This document shows positions 35,332 through 42,664 of a stretch of DNA of 49,793 nt, piece by piece. Both the position numbers and the translations under genes were made by a program. The notes beneath the pieces were generated by a model. The model saw nothing but the letters and a program-made list of their open reading frames with translations, did no database searches and was not told the origin of the DNA. The stretch is from Sedimentisphaerales bacterium (lineage in GTDB: Bacteria > Planctomycetota > Phycisphaerae > Sedimentisphaerales > Anaerobacaceae): contig JAFGPJ010000114.1 in assembly GCA_016936275.1 (NCBI GenBank), positions 1 through 49,793 of the forward strand, written 5' to 3'. The number at the start of each line of letters is the position of its first letter. The first letter of the stretch is position 1.

Positions 35332-36087
35332 ATGTTAAAAATTCGCAAAGAACAAAATGACGAGCTGGCAAAAGTCGCGCTCAAACGATTTGAGGACGAT
35401 ATGGTCATCCATATCAAAAAGTATTTTCCTAAGTACTATGAAATTATGGGGGAACCTACAGTCCGAAAGGTAATCCAATATAGCATCGAAAAGGCAGAAA
35501 CTTATGGCTTCACAACAGAGCGGGATGTATGCCTGTATATAAATTTAGTATTTCTGTTAGGCAGTAATTTCGATACAGACCTGCAGATTCCCTGGGCGGC
35601 GGCAACCCTCAAAGATGAGACGATAACGGACTCAGTCATACGAATTAACAAAATCTATGAAATCGCGATGGATTATCTTGACCGGGTAAACGGCAAGAAT
35701 AATCTTTACCTTGCATTAGCACTTCGCAAAATCCGCGAAGTTCCTTTTGGTGAGTTTTCAAACGCGGTCTTGGAAAATGTTGACCAAAAGGTGATTAGCC
35801 AGCTCAAAAACATTTGGCCGGAGAAATGCCAGCACCTGGGGAATTCGATTTCGCACCAACTGGTACAGCGTGGTATCGAATCTGCACGCCGTTACAATAT
35901 CACAGGAGAGAAAGGTCTCGTCTTATATATTGGCTTAATGTTTATGCTGGGAAGTGGGTTTGACCACGACCCGCAGTTTACCTGGACAACTGCGGTCTTG
36001 AAGAACAAGGATTTAATAGAACAGACGCCAAAGATTGAGCGGCTTTACACCGAGAGTATGACCTTCCTCAACAAATGGTTGACTTGA
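35332..36087 (+). CDS. Hypothetical protein made of two homologous ~115-aa helical repeats (251 aa)
   Basis: The internal duplication is visible by eye. Repeat 1: KAETYGFTTERDVCLYINLVFLLGSNFDTDLQIPWAAATLKDETI. Repeat 2: SARRYNITGEKGLVLYIGLMFMLGSGFDHDPQFTWTTAVLKNKDL. It has no signal peptide or TM helix and starts 14 nt after the DUF4123 gene. Confidence 0.6.
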   Translation: MLKIRKEQNDELAKVALKRFEDDMVIHIKKYFPKYYEIMGEPTVRKVIQYSIEKAETYGFTTERDVCLYINLVFLLGSNFDTDLQIPWAAATLKDETITDSVIRINKIYEIAMDYLDRVNGKNNLYLALALRKIREVPFGEFSNAVLENVDQKVISQLKNIWPEKCQHLGNSISHQLVQRGIESARRYNITGEKGLVLYIGLMFMLGSGFDHDPQFTWTTAVLKNKDLIEQTPKIERLYTESMTFLNKWLT

Positions 36088-36116
36088 ATTACAAACGGAA
36101 GCAGTAAGGAATACTT

Positions 36117-37064
36117 ATGCCGGAAGGATGTAGCGATAAAGATGGAGCAAAAACAGCTGCTGAAAAAAAACCAGCAACGTCTGTTGGTGCAACGGAAAAA
36201 GGATGTCCTCTCAAGCCCAAACTGGTTAATATCACTGTAACGAAGAACGCTGCTCAAACCAATGTTACTGGCGCCAAAAACTGGGCGTGTATCAAGAAAG
36301 CAACCGATGATGTGATTGTGGAGGCAACGACCAGCCCAAACACCGAAGACGCCTGGAAACAAATCAAGTGGTCGGGTGACTCAGGCGCCGCCGTTCCAGG
36401 TAAACTCAATCAAAGGAAATTATCTCGCTCCGATAGTAAAAAGTACCACGTCGAAGCCGAATTGGGAGGGGTAAAAGACGATTTATACGTTTGGGTTCTC
36501 TGGGCTGAAGTCACTATCCTCACAAGCGGCACCACACCCAAAAATGCTGTTCAATTTGGGGCAGATTATGATGGCACAGAAAATCTAGGCGCCAAATCCT
36601 ATAATGGAGGCAAAGAGGCAAGAGGAAAGATAGTGCCCGTTGCTAAAATCTCTCCAGCCGGAGTTTACAACATCGTTAAGTCTGGTTGGGCCTTTAAGCG
36701 GGAGCGTATGAGCCATGATTGGGATGATGGTAACAAAACCAAACCTGGAAATAGTACTAGTGATTACTGGAATACAGCTTGGGTCGATGACACGTCGTAT
36801 GCCGTATATCAGAAATTAACGCCGGATGCCGATGATAAAATCTATGACAGGGATGCTCCAAACATTGCAGCTTTTGGGACCAATGATGCTGAAACATATA
36901 ATAATTTTCAACAATGGGTCGAATGGGGTGGAGACGTCTGTTCGGACAAAGCCGGTTGGTATTGGAAAGGCCGATGGGACAAATCAAAGGCGCCCCAGGT
37001 AACGCTGAAGGACGTCGGTACAGGAAGTATAGCCCTTCCCAACAAGTCGCACTTCCATCCATAG
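36117..37064 (+). CDS. Hypothetical 315-aa protein, candidate T6SS cargo effector (no recognisable catalytic motif)
   Basis: An intact ORF with a taaggaat RBS-like sequence. It has no signal peptide or TM helix. The composition is Trp/Asp/Gly-rich and looks beta-type (WVLWAEVTILTSG, SHDWDDGNKTKPGN, WYWKGRWDKSK). It sits between an adaptor gene and a lipoprotein gene. Confidence 0.5.
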   Translation: MPEGCSDKDGAKTAAEKKPATSVGATEKGCPLKPKLVNITVTKNAAQTNVTGAKNWACIKKATDDVIVEATTSPNTEDAWKQIKWSGDSGAAVPGKLNQRKLSRSDSKKYHVEAELGGVKDDLYVWVLWAEVTILTSGTTPKNAVQFGADYDGTENLGAKSYNGGKEARGKIVPVAKISPAGVYNIVKSGWAFKRERMSHDWDDGNKTKPGNSTSDYWNTAWVDDTSYAVYQKLTPDADDKIYDRDAPNIAAFGTNDAETYNNFQQWVEWGGDVCSDKAGWYWKGRWDKSKAPQVTLKDVGTGSIALPNKSHFHP

Positions 37065-37102
37065 AATCCGTTTATTGGGAGAAAGGAAAAGGTTGTATTA
37101 TT

Positions 37103-37714
37103 ATGGGCTTTCGGGCAAGCGTTTTAAGTGTTATTGTTCTGAATATTTTTATGGTGGGTTGCCATGCTAACAACGCCAAGAAAGGAGACGTGAAAGTGAT
37201 AGAACAGGAAATGATGAACTTAATGAGAAGAATGGATACGTTAGACGAACGTTCCAAGATGACACTTCTCTCTAAAGTAGATGAGCAGCGCAATGAACTG
37301 CTTGGCGTGCTTCTCAAACACATAGGTACGAGTGAATCCAAAAACGTGCAAGCAGCTGCGATATATCTTATTGGGCGCCACCGTCTCTCAGACGGCGTTC
37401 AGGAGCTTATTCAGCGTATCGATTTTACGCCTGGAGGACAACCAACGCGCGGGCCTGAGCCGCTTTGGGAGCAATATCCGGCTATGGAGGCGTTAATAAC
37501 CATTGGATGGTCATCTGTACCGGCTGCGGTCGAGCTCCTCGCAAAGGATACAAATGATGTTCGTCGTGATTTGGCGGTAAAAGTTATCCGTTACGCTACG
37601 GATGCAGAAGTTGCTAAATTTATTTTGGAACGGGCTCATAAGATTGAGAGCGACCCAACTCGCAAAGCTAATTTACAAAATGCCTTGGTACGTCTTGACA
37701 AGCTACCACAGTGA
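37103..37714 (+). CDS. Lipoprotein with HEAT-like repeats, candidate periplasmic immunity protein
   Basis: The ATG at 37103, preceded by ggagaaaggaaaagg, gives MGFRASVLSVIVLNIFMVGC, a lipobox (FMVG|C). HEAT/PBS-lyase-like repeats follow (NVQAAAIYLIGRHRLSDGVQELIQRI and VPAAVELLAKDTNDVRRDLAVKVIRYA). The track ORF start at 36914 would overlap the upstream gene in another frame and is rejected. Confidence 0.7.
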   Translation: MGFRASVLSVIVLNIFMVGCHANNAKKGDVKVIEQEMMNLMRRMDTLDERSKMTLLSKVDEQRNELLGVLLKHIGTSESKNVQAAAIYLIGRHRLSDGVQELIQRIDFTPGGQPTRGPEPLWEQYPAMEALITIGWSSVPAAVELLAKDTNDVRRDLAVKVIRYATDAEVAKFILERAHKIESDPTRKANLQNALVRLDKLPQ

Positions 37715-37795
37715 AAACCAAGTGTTTGCGTTAAAGAGAAGTGACAACGATTAAGGTTTGCCCAGCCATCCACCATGAAACTCATCTGAGGGCAT

Positions 37796-37824
37796 TTGTC
37801 AAGATGATATGTTTTTGATATAAT
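37796..37824 (+). promoter_or_regulatory. Strong sigma70-type promoter candidate for the PAAR gene (TTGTCA-17-TATAAT, TGn extended -10)
   Basis: ttgtca at 37796-37801, a 17-nt spacer ending in tga, and a consensus tataat at 37819-37824. An aaggag RBS sits at about 37856-37861, and the ATG is at 37870. Confidence 0.55.
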
Positions 37825-37869
37825 TGGTAGAGCCCAAGAAAAAAAAGGCAGATAGAAGGAGAATATAAG

Positions 37870-38169
37870 ATGCCTCCTGCAGCAAGAGTTGGTGATATGC
37901 ACGTCTGCCCGATGCAAACACCGGGCGTACCGCCCATTCCGCACGTCGGCGGGCCAATTTTGCCGCCGGGCTGCCCGACCGTGCTGATTGGTATGATGCC
38001 CGCCGCACGGGTTGGTGATATGGCCACCTGCGTCGGGCCGCCGGATGTGATAGCCAAAGGGTCCGCTACGGTAATGATTGGAATGATGCCCGCCGCACGC
38101 ATAGGCGATACGACCGCTCACGGCGGCTCTATCGTTGTCGGCTGCCCTACCGTCATGATTGGCGGCTGA
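37870..38169 (+). CDS. Minimal PAAR-domain spike-tip protein (99 aa)
   Basis: There are three PAAR motifs: MPPAARVGDMHVCP, GMMPAARVGDMATCVGP and GMMPAARIGDTTAHGG. The protein ends GCPTVMIGG and has no extension domain. Confidence 0.93.
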   Translation: MPPAARVGDMHVCPMQTPGVPPIPHVGGPILPPGCPTVLIGMMPAARVGDMATCVGPPDVIAKGSATVMIGMMPAARIGDTTAHGGSIVVGCPTVMIGG

Positions 38170-38186
38170 CGGCGATTACCCCACAA

Positions 38187-39752
38187 CTATCGCCAGGGGC
38201 CGGCTAATGGGGCGAGGGGAGAGGAAATCGACTGAAAACGGGGGAGACGAACCGAATCCCGGCCTTTTACGGAAACTACCGGCATAAGCCCCTTGTCAAT
38301 AAGGATACCAAAAGCCCTCTCCGTGAGGATTGTCTCAGCACAGGGGGTAACGTGCTTTTGGCCATCGGACTCGTATATGTGCATCGGCAAGCCCGACAGG
38401 TCGCAGCCGAGGCCGTTTGTAAGGTTCCAGCCGAATTCACTAAAGGCCTGGGCCAAGAGGCAGGCACATAAGCCAGCGGAATTGCCCCATAGATATTGCT
38501 CGTGACCGGTCAAAGGCGAAAATTCCTCAAAACTGAACCGCTCAACGGGGTCGGTCTTGCTGCCGTAAGGCAGGCGCAGCAGGAACCGGGGCAGCAATAG
38601 GCCGATATAGGCGGCCTCAGGCGTGCCTCGAAGCTGCTGCCATAATTTTAGGGCGTCCGGCCTGGATTGCCATTGCCAGTCATTCGGGTCGGGCGTGGCG
38701 GCAAGCGACGGGCAGCCGGCAAAGTGAGAATCAGCACAAGCGACCAATGGCGCACCGGCGGCCTGGGCAATTTGGGCAAGCTGATGCAGCAAGGCGATAT
38801 CCTCAGAGGTCTGGTCAAAGGTGTAGCAGCCGACCAAAAGGGCGTAGGGATTTGCACCCGGGACGCCGACGCTTCGCTCGACAATAAGCCGATATATACC
38901 TGCTGATTGCAGACCCTCCTGCGAGGCCAAATCCGCTACCAGTTCCGCCTTGCTGATGTCGATTATATATATTTTGAGCGTTTCGTTTGTTTCGACCTGG
39001 CTGACTATGAATCGAAGCAACAGCCATGCCGCCTCAAGCTCCTTGAAGTCCGGCTGATGCAGAATCGCCCGCATCTGGCCGCTGATGGCCTGGTCAACCT
39101 GGGCAACAAGCTCTGGCTGCTGCGGGTCGGTGGCGGGAACGATGTAGGGCTTTACGACCTCGGCAATGAGCTTTTCTATATTGATTTGTCGGCCTGTCGG
39201 ACTGAAAGACGGTTTTTTACCCGGCTGCTTTCCAAGCAGTCGCTCGATTGTATCAGCGTCGGGTTCTGCTTTTGCCGGAGTGCCTGGTGTTTCTCCGGCC
39301 TCTAATTTGCCGGCTTCCTGACCACCCATTAGCCATGACCGCACCTGCGAAGCCGCCTCGGCAAACGTGGCTGGGTCCTGAAGGCGATTTCGGAGCATCT
39401 TTAGCTTCTGAAAGATTTCCAGACGGTCGAAAATCCGGTCCGGGTGAAAGTCGGTTAGCTCTCCAAATCCAATTGCTATACGAGAACCATCCCCACCGCC
39501 TACGGGTATATTAAGCTCGCAGCCAAGCTGCTTAGGCAGATTCTCCAGGTTGTCAACGTCAACCGCTATTCGCCTACTGGCAGCAAGCAAAGGACCGGTT
39601 TCGCACAAGCCGCGGTTGCCCCGTCCGCTGAAATCGGAAAGAACGGCTATGCAAAATGGCGTGTTTTCCATGGCCTTGCGGGGTGCAAATGACGTTTGAG
39701 CGCCTAATTCAAATTCAAAATCCATCCCCCTCGAAGAGCTCTGTATAGGCAT
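38187..39752 (-). CDS. Single-chain TssB-TssC-like contractile-sheath paralog lacking the TssC C-terminal region (521 aa)
   Basis: Residues ~30-130 align with the cluster's own TssB: TPFCIAVLSDFSG / LPFVMGVMADLSG; VDVDNLENL / IDVDNFDERL; IGFGELTDFHPDRI / ITFESMDDFSPAAV. Residues ~165-510 align with TssC: HQPDFKELEAAW / HHEDFQALEGSW; ETNETLKIYIIDISKAEL / ETDETLKIRVLDISKNDL; LLPRFLLRLPYGSKTDPVERFSFEE / TMPRFLGRLPYGAKTNPCEEFDFEE; YLWGNSAGL / YLWTNAAYA; SEFGW / KQFGW. The ORF stops where TssC still has about 115 more residues. Confidence 0.82.
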   Translation of the reverse strand: MPIQSSSRGMDFEFELGAQTSFAPRKAMENTPFCIAVLSDFSGRGNRGLCETGPLLAASRRIAVDVDNLENLPKQLGCELNIPVGGGDGSRIAIGFGELTDFHPDRIFDRLEIFQKLKMLRNRLQDPATFAEAASQVRSWLMGGQEAGKLEAGETPGTPAKAEPDADTIERLLGKQPGKKPSFSPTGRQINIEKLIAEVVKPYIVPATDPQQPELVAQVDQAISGQMRAILHQPDFKELEAAWLLLRFIVSQVETNETLKIYIIDISKAELVADLASQEGLQSAGIYRLIVERSVGVPGANPYALLVGCYTFDQTSEDIALLHQLAQIAQAAGAPLVACADSHFAGCPSLAATPDPNDWQWQSRPDALKLWQQLRGTPEAAYIGLLLPRFLLRLPYGSKTDPVERFSFEEFSPLTGHEQYLWGNSAGLCACLLAQAFSEFGWNLTNGLGCDLSGLPMHIYESDGQKHVTPCAETILTERAFGILIDKGLMPVVSVKGRDSVRLPRFQSISSPLAPLAGPWR

Positions 39753-39860
39753 AACTTTTCACTCCATAACGGAACCTGATTCTGCCGAGAAACGCCTGAA
39801 TGTTTCTTTTTTCAAAATAGCTAAGGTTTATCATCTTGAGCGAAAGCAATTTCAGCGGTA

Positions 39861-39889
39861 ATTGTAACACAACTTATGAAAATACTCAA
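39861..39889 (-). promoter_or_regulatory. Sigma70-type promoter candidate for the sheath paralog (TTGAGT-17-TACAAT, TGn extended -10)
   Basis: The minus strand reads ttgagt (39889-39884), a 17-nt spacer ending in tgt, then tacaat (39866-39861). It lies about 105 nt upstream of the ATG at 39752. Confidence 0.45.
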
Positions 39890-39986
39890 GAACGTTTGGT
39901 AATCTTTGCACATCAAGGCGAGACAATCAAATCCCGGCTGTAAACGCCGCCCCCAAAAAACCACACAGGCAAAATCAATATACCGC

Positions 39987-40014
39987 TTGACAGGGAAGCG
40001 CCTGCGATTAGAAT
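39987..40014 (+). promoter_or_regulatory. Sigma70-type promoter candidate for the 654-aa gene/tssJ/pseudokinase unit (TTGACA-16-TAGAAT)
   Basis: ttgaca at 39987-39992, a 16-nt spacer, and tagaat at 40009-40014. It lies about 75 nt upstream of the ATG at 40092. Confidence 0.4.
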
Positions 40015-40091
40015 TAGTTCAAGCTGACCCTGAGAGGTCCTGGATATAGCGAATATATAGTGACAGTCAGGTTTATTAAGGTAATTTAACT

Positions 40092-42056
40092 ATGTCGTCT
40101 TCTGATACCTATAACCGTATTAAAACAGTACCTAATGGCTATGTCGCCATACCCATCACAGAAGACCAAAAATCGGCGATATTAAAAATATGCGTCCTGA
40201 TAAGACCCGACCCCGACCCTGTTGGCGGTCACCTCGTCGTCATCCGGGACACAACAGACGCCAGGGTGTTTATGGGGTGCGTCATTGACATTTGCGGATG
40301 CATTCATGAGTGGCTGGAATTGTGGGTTCAGAATACCGGGCAATTAATTGACAGGGCGTCTGCATATCGCCAGTCGCTTTCAAACGCCATGCTGGATGAC
40401 CGATGGCGTCAGCAATGTCAGGCATTTGAACAGCTCGATGAGGGAGTGGTGGTGAAAACCGGCTGGGAGTCCGAGCATCCCCTGCCGATGTTCTTAGACA
40501 TCTCTACATGTTCGCCGCTCCATCCGACTGATACTAATTCCGGCGCACCGTGGAAGCTGTGCAAGGATGAAGGTTTGCTACAGCAGAAGGGCCTGCCGAG
40601 CTATTGCGGTTCGCTGCATCGCTACCTATACATACCGGCGGCGGGCACTGATTCACAGTTTGCTCCCGTTACCCCGGGGGCACCAACGAACGCTTTCACA
40701 AAACCGATGTCCGAGATTTGCGGCGACCCCCGGCAGATTATCCCCTTTAATCCCGGAGCGGGTCTGATGCTGGTAAAGAAACACAATCCCATCGGGCTGG
40801 AGACCTTCATTGATATTCTAAGCGGCAGTATATGGGACGGGCTAAAACATGGAAGGTCGGTCCTTGACCTCGGCGAACAGGTTGACGCGCTGAGGAAGGA
40901 CAAGACCATTTTGATTGCGAATGGCCGACTTTTCCTGGACTCTCAGGGCCGGCGAGGGCGACTGGTCGAGACATTTCACTTAAAGCTTCGACTGCTCGCT
41001 GACATTGTATCTTCCGTTCATTCGATGGTGCATCATCTCCAACGACCGCTTCTAAACATCAATCCGAACAACTGGCAGATTAAGCTCGGTGAGCCCGGAC
41101 GTGGGCTGCCTTTCTTATGGACGGCCAAGCCGGTGCTTAGCGACCCAGGTGACGCAATTCCACTGGCAATCGAAAAAACCGACGTGCAATATTATCTGCA
41201 ATCGTCCGCTCCCGGAACATCGATATATCGGCCGGCGATTATTTCTCTGCCAACCAGAGGACATGCATCCGTCCGTATAAGGCAGGTCTTGCCCGACACC
41301 GACGTTGCAATAATCGTTGAGGGTACATTTACAACCCAGGAACGTATCGAGATAGCCAGTCGCGATCTCGTCTGGTTTCGACTTAACCTTACTCATGGCA
41401 GCGTAAATCTGTATGCACATATCGAAGCGGACTCGGCGATGGCGGCCGGTGAGTGGCGATTTCGAACTGTCACACAGAGCGTTAATGATGTCGAGGTTTC
41501 GGATTTGCACGCCGCCGAAGGAGTGCCCATGCCAGGCATTCCGTTCGAGATTATACCGCTTTTGAGCACCCCCTGTGACCTGTACTCACTGGCGGTCGTA
41601 GCAGTGAGGGTTCTTCTTGTTGATGATACTACGACTTTGCCCGTGGCACTTGATGAAATTCTCAGTCTTTCACGCCAAACACGGACTGATTCAGATGCGT
41701 CCACCAGCTTGGATGCCCGTATTAGCGATATATTCAGCAAGGACAACCGATGGCTTGAATCGCTGGGGCCGCACCATTTAGCTTTTGACAAAATGACCCC
41801 TGACGAAGCTTTTGGTCTGATTCCACACGAGTTGTGGTGGAAGACAGTGGCCATAATCCTGCGGATGTTCCCAGGGGCGGGGCCGGAAAGTGAATGCAAA
41901 GATTTTGGCGACGCCCAACAAGGGGGTCTCCACAAGGTTTTTGAACGAACTATGGCCGATCTGGATAACCTTATATTAAGAACTCGCGGCCTTATAATAA
42001 CGGACTGGAAATCAAACCAGGAAGTTGCCGATGTCATACAAAGGTATCTGTCGTAA
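40092..42056 (+). CDS. Hypothetical 654-aa cytoplasmic protein, T6SS-linked; possibly contains a highly degenerate kinase-like fold
   Basis: An intact ORF with no TM helix or signal peptide. LRLLADIVSSVHSMVHHLQRPLLNINPNNWQIKLG loosely resembles a kinase alpha-E/catalytic-loop segment, and PCDLYSLAVVAVRVLL resembles kinase subdomain IX. The spacing between them is atypically long, so the resemblance is weak. Confidence 0.55.
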   Translation: MSSSDTYNRIKTVPNGYVAIPITEDQKSAILKICVLIRPDPDPVGGHLVVIRDTTDARVFMGCVIDICGCIHEWLELWVQNTGQLIDRASAYRQSLSNAMLDDRWRQQCQAFEQLDEGVVVKTGWESEHPLPMFLDISTCSPLHPTDTNSGAPWKLCKDEGLLQQKGLPSYCGSLHRYLYIPAAGTDSQFAPVTPGAPTNAFTKPMSEICGDPRQIIPFNPGAGLMLVKKHNPIGLETFIDILSGSIWDGLKHGRSVLDLGEQVDALRKDKTILIANGRLFLDSQGRRGRLVETFHLKLRLLADIVSSVHSMVHHLQRPLLNINPNNWQIKLGEPGRGLPFLWTAKPVLSDPGDAIPLAIEKTDVQYYLQSSAPGTSIYRPAIISLPTRGHASVRIRQVLPDTDVAIIVEGTFTTQERIEIASRDLVWFRLNLTHGSVNLYAHIEADSAMAAGEWRFRTVTQSVNDVEVSDLHAAEGVPMPGIPFEIIPLLSTPCDLYSLAVVAVRVLLVDDTTTLPVALDEILSLSRQTRTDSDASTSLDARISDIFSKDNRWLESLGPHHLAFDKMTPDEAFGLIPHELWWKTVAIILRMFPGAGPESECKDFGDAQQGGLHKVFERTMADLDNLILRTRGLIITDWKSNQEVADVIQRYLS

Positions 42057-42113
42057 AAGCGTCAAAAAAAATATGTCGGGTAAACATTTGTGGGGAATTG
42101 AAAGGGATTGACA

Positions 42114-42635
42114 ATGAGAAAAGCATTATTGAAAGGTCACGTCTTTGCGGTGCTTTTGGTTAATCTTCTTCTGGCAGGAGGATGCCAAATTGGCAGGCGT
42201 GTTAACGTAATTGCTACCGATGAGATTTGCAGGAAATCGGTTGAGGTCCATCTGGTAGAAATCAACAGATTCGAAAAGGACCTATGGGAGCAGATGTCTA
42301 TGACCGATTACTGGACCCCCGGAAACCAAGTGCGACAGAGCGCCAAGCACTATACCTGGGCCATCCAATTCGGACAAGGGGCTTGCAAGCAGATTCTCAG
42401 CCCGAGGCATCCGATTCAAAAAATATGGCGGGACAGGAACGCGGAATACCTGTTCGTTCTGGCGGACCTGCCCGGCACATTTTCCGACATGCCCGGTAAT
42501 GCCGACGCAAGGCGCGTGCGGCTGCCCGCTCTGGACTCAAAATGCTGGGGATTATTACAGAGAGAAATCAATATCAGCATCGAAAGCGGCAAGGTTGTCC
42601 CTTTAACCATCTCAAAGTCAAAAAACTGTGATTAG
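42114..42635 (+). CDS. tssJ: TssJ-like T6SS outer-membrane lipoprotein
   Basis: The ATG at 42114 gives MRKALLKGHVFAVLLVNLLLAGGC, a lipobox (LAGG|C). The ~173-aa size and the segment pattern SVEVHLVEINRFEKDLWEQMSMTDYW ... AEYLFVLADLPG ... REINISIESGKV parallel the TssJ pattern (V.V..Y.L.....F....F..L ... Y.GV.A.(Y/F)R ... L.LD). It is the only lipoprotein of suitable size in the cluster and would complete the 13-gene core. Confidence 0.55.
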   Translation: MRKALLKGHVFAVLLVNLLLAGGCQIGRRVNVIATDEICRKSVEVHLVEINRFEKDLWEQMSMTDYWTPGNQVRQSAKHYTWAIQFGQGACKQILSPRHPIQKIWRDRNAEYLFVLADLPGTFSDMPGNADARRVRLPALDSKCWGLLQREINISIESGKVVPLTISKSKNCD

Positions 42636-42664
42636 AATCTTGTTTCTTTTCCGGTCACGAAAGT

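Noticed and set aside
36914-37102. Upstream extension of the lipoprotein ORF (track start 36914)
   Set aside because: It would overlap the last 150 nt of the 315-aa gene in another frame and would bury the lipobox 80 aa inside the protein. The ATG at 37103 has an RBS and yields a proper lipoprotein signal peptide.
39798-39826. Hairpin agaaac-gcctgaat-gtttct followed by ttttt on the + strand (terminator-like)
   Set aside because: No + strand gene ends upstream of it. It lies in the 5' leader of the minus-strand sheath-paralog gene, where the T-tract would precede rather than follow the hairpin. It is not a terminator, though leader structure cannot be excluded.
41393-42037. 214-aa minus-strand ORF
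   Set aside because: It is antisense to the 654-aa gene and is Ser/Arg-rich. It has no start context, and the longer + strand ORF with a promoter is preferred.
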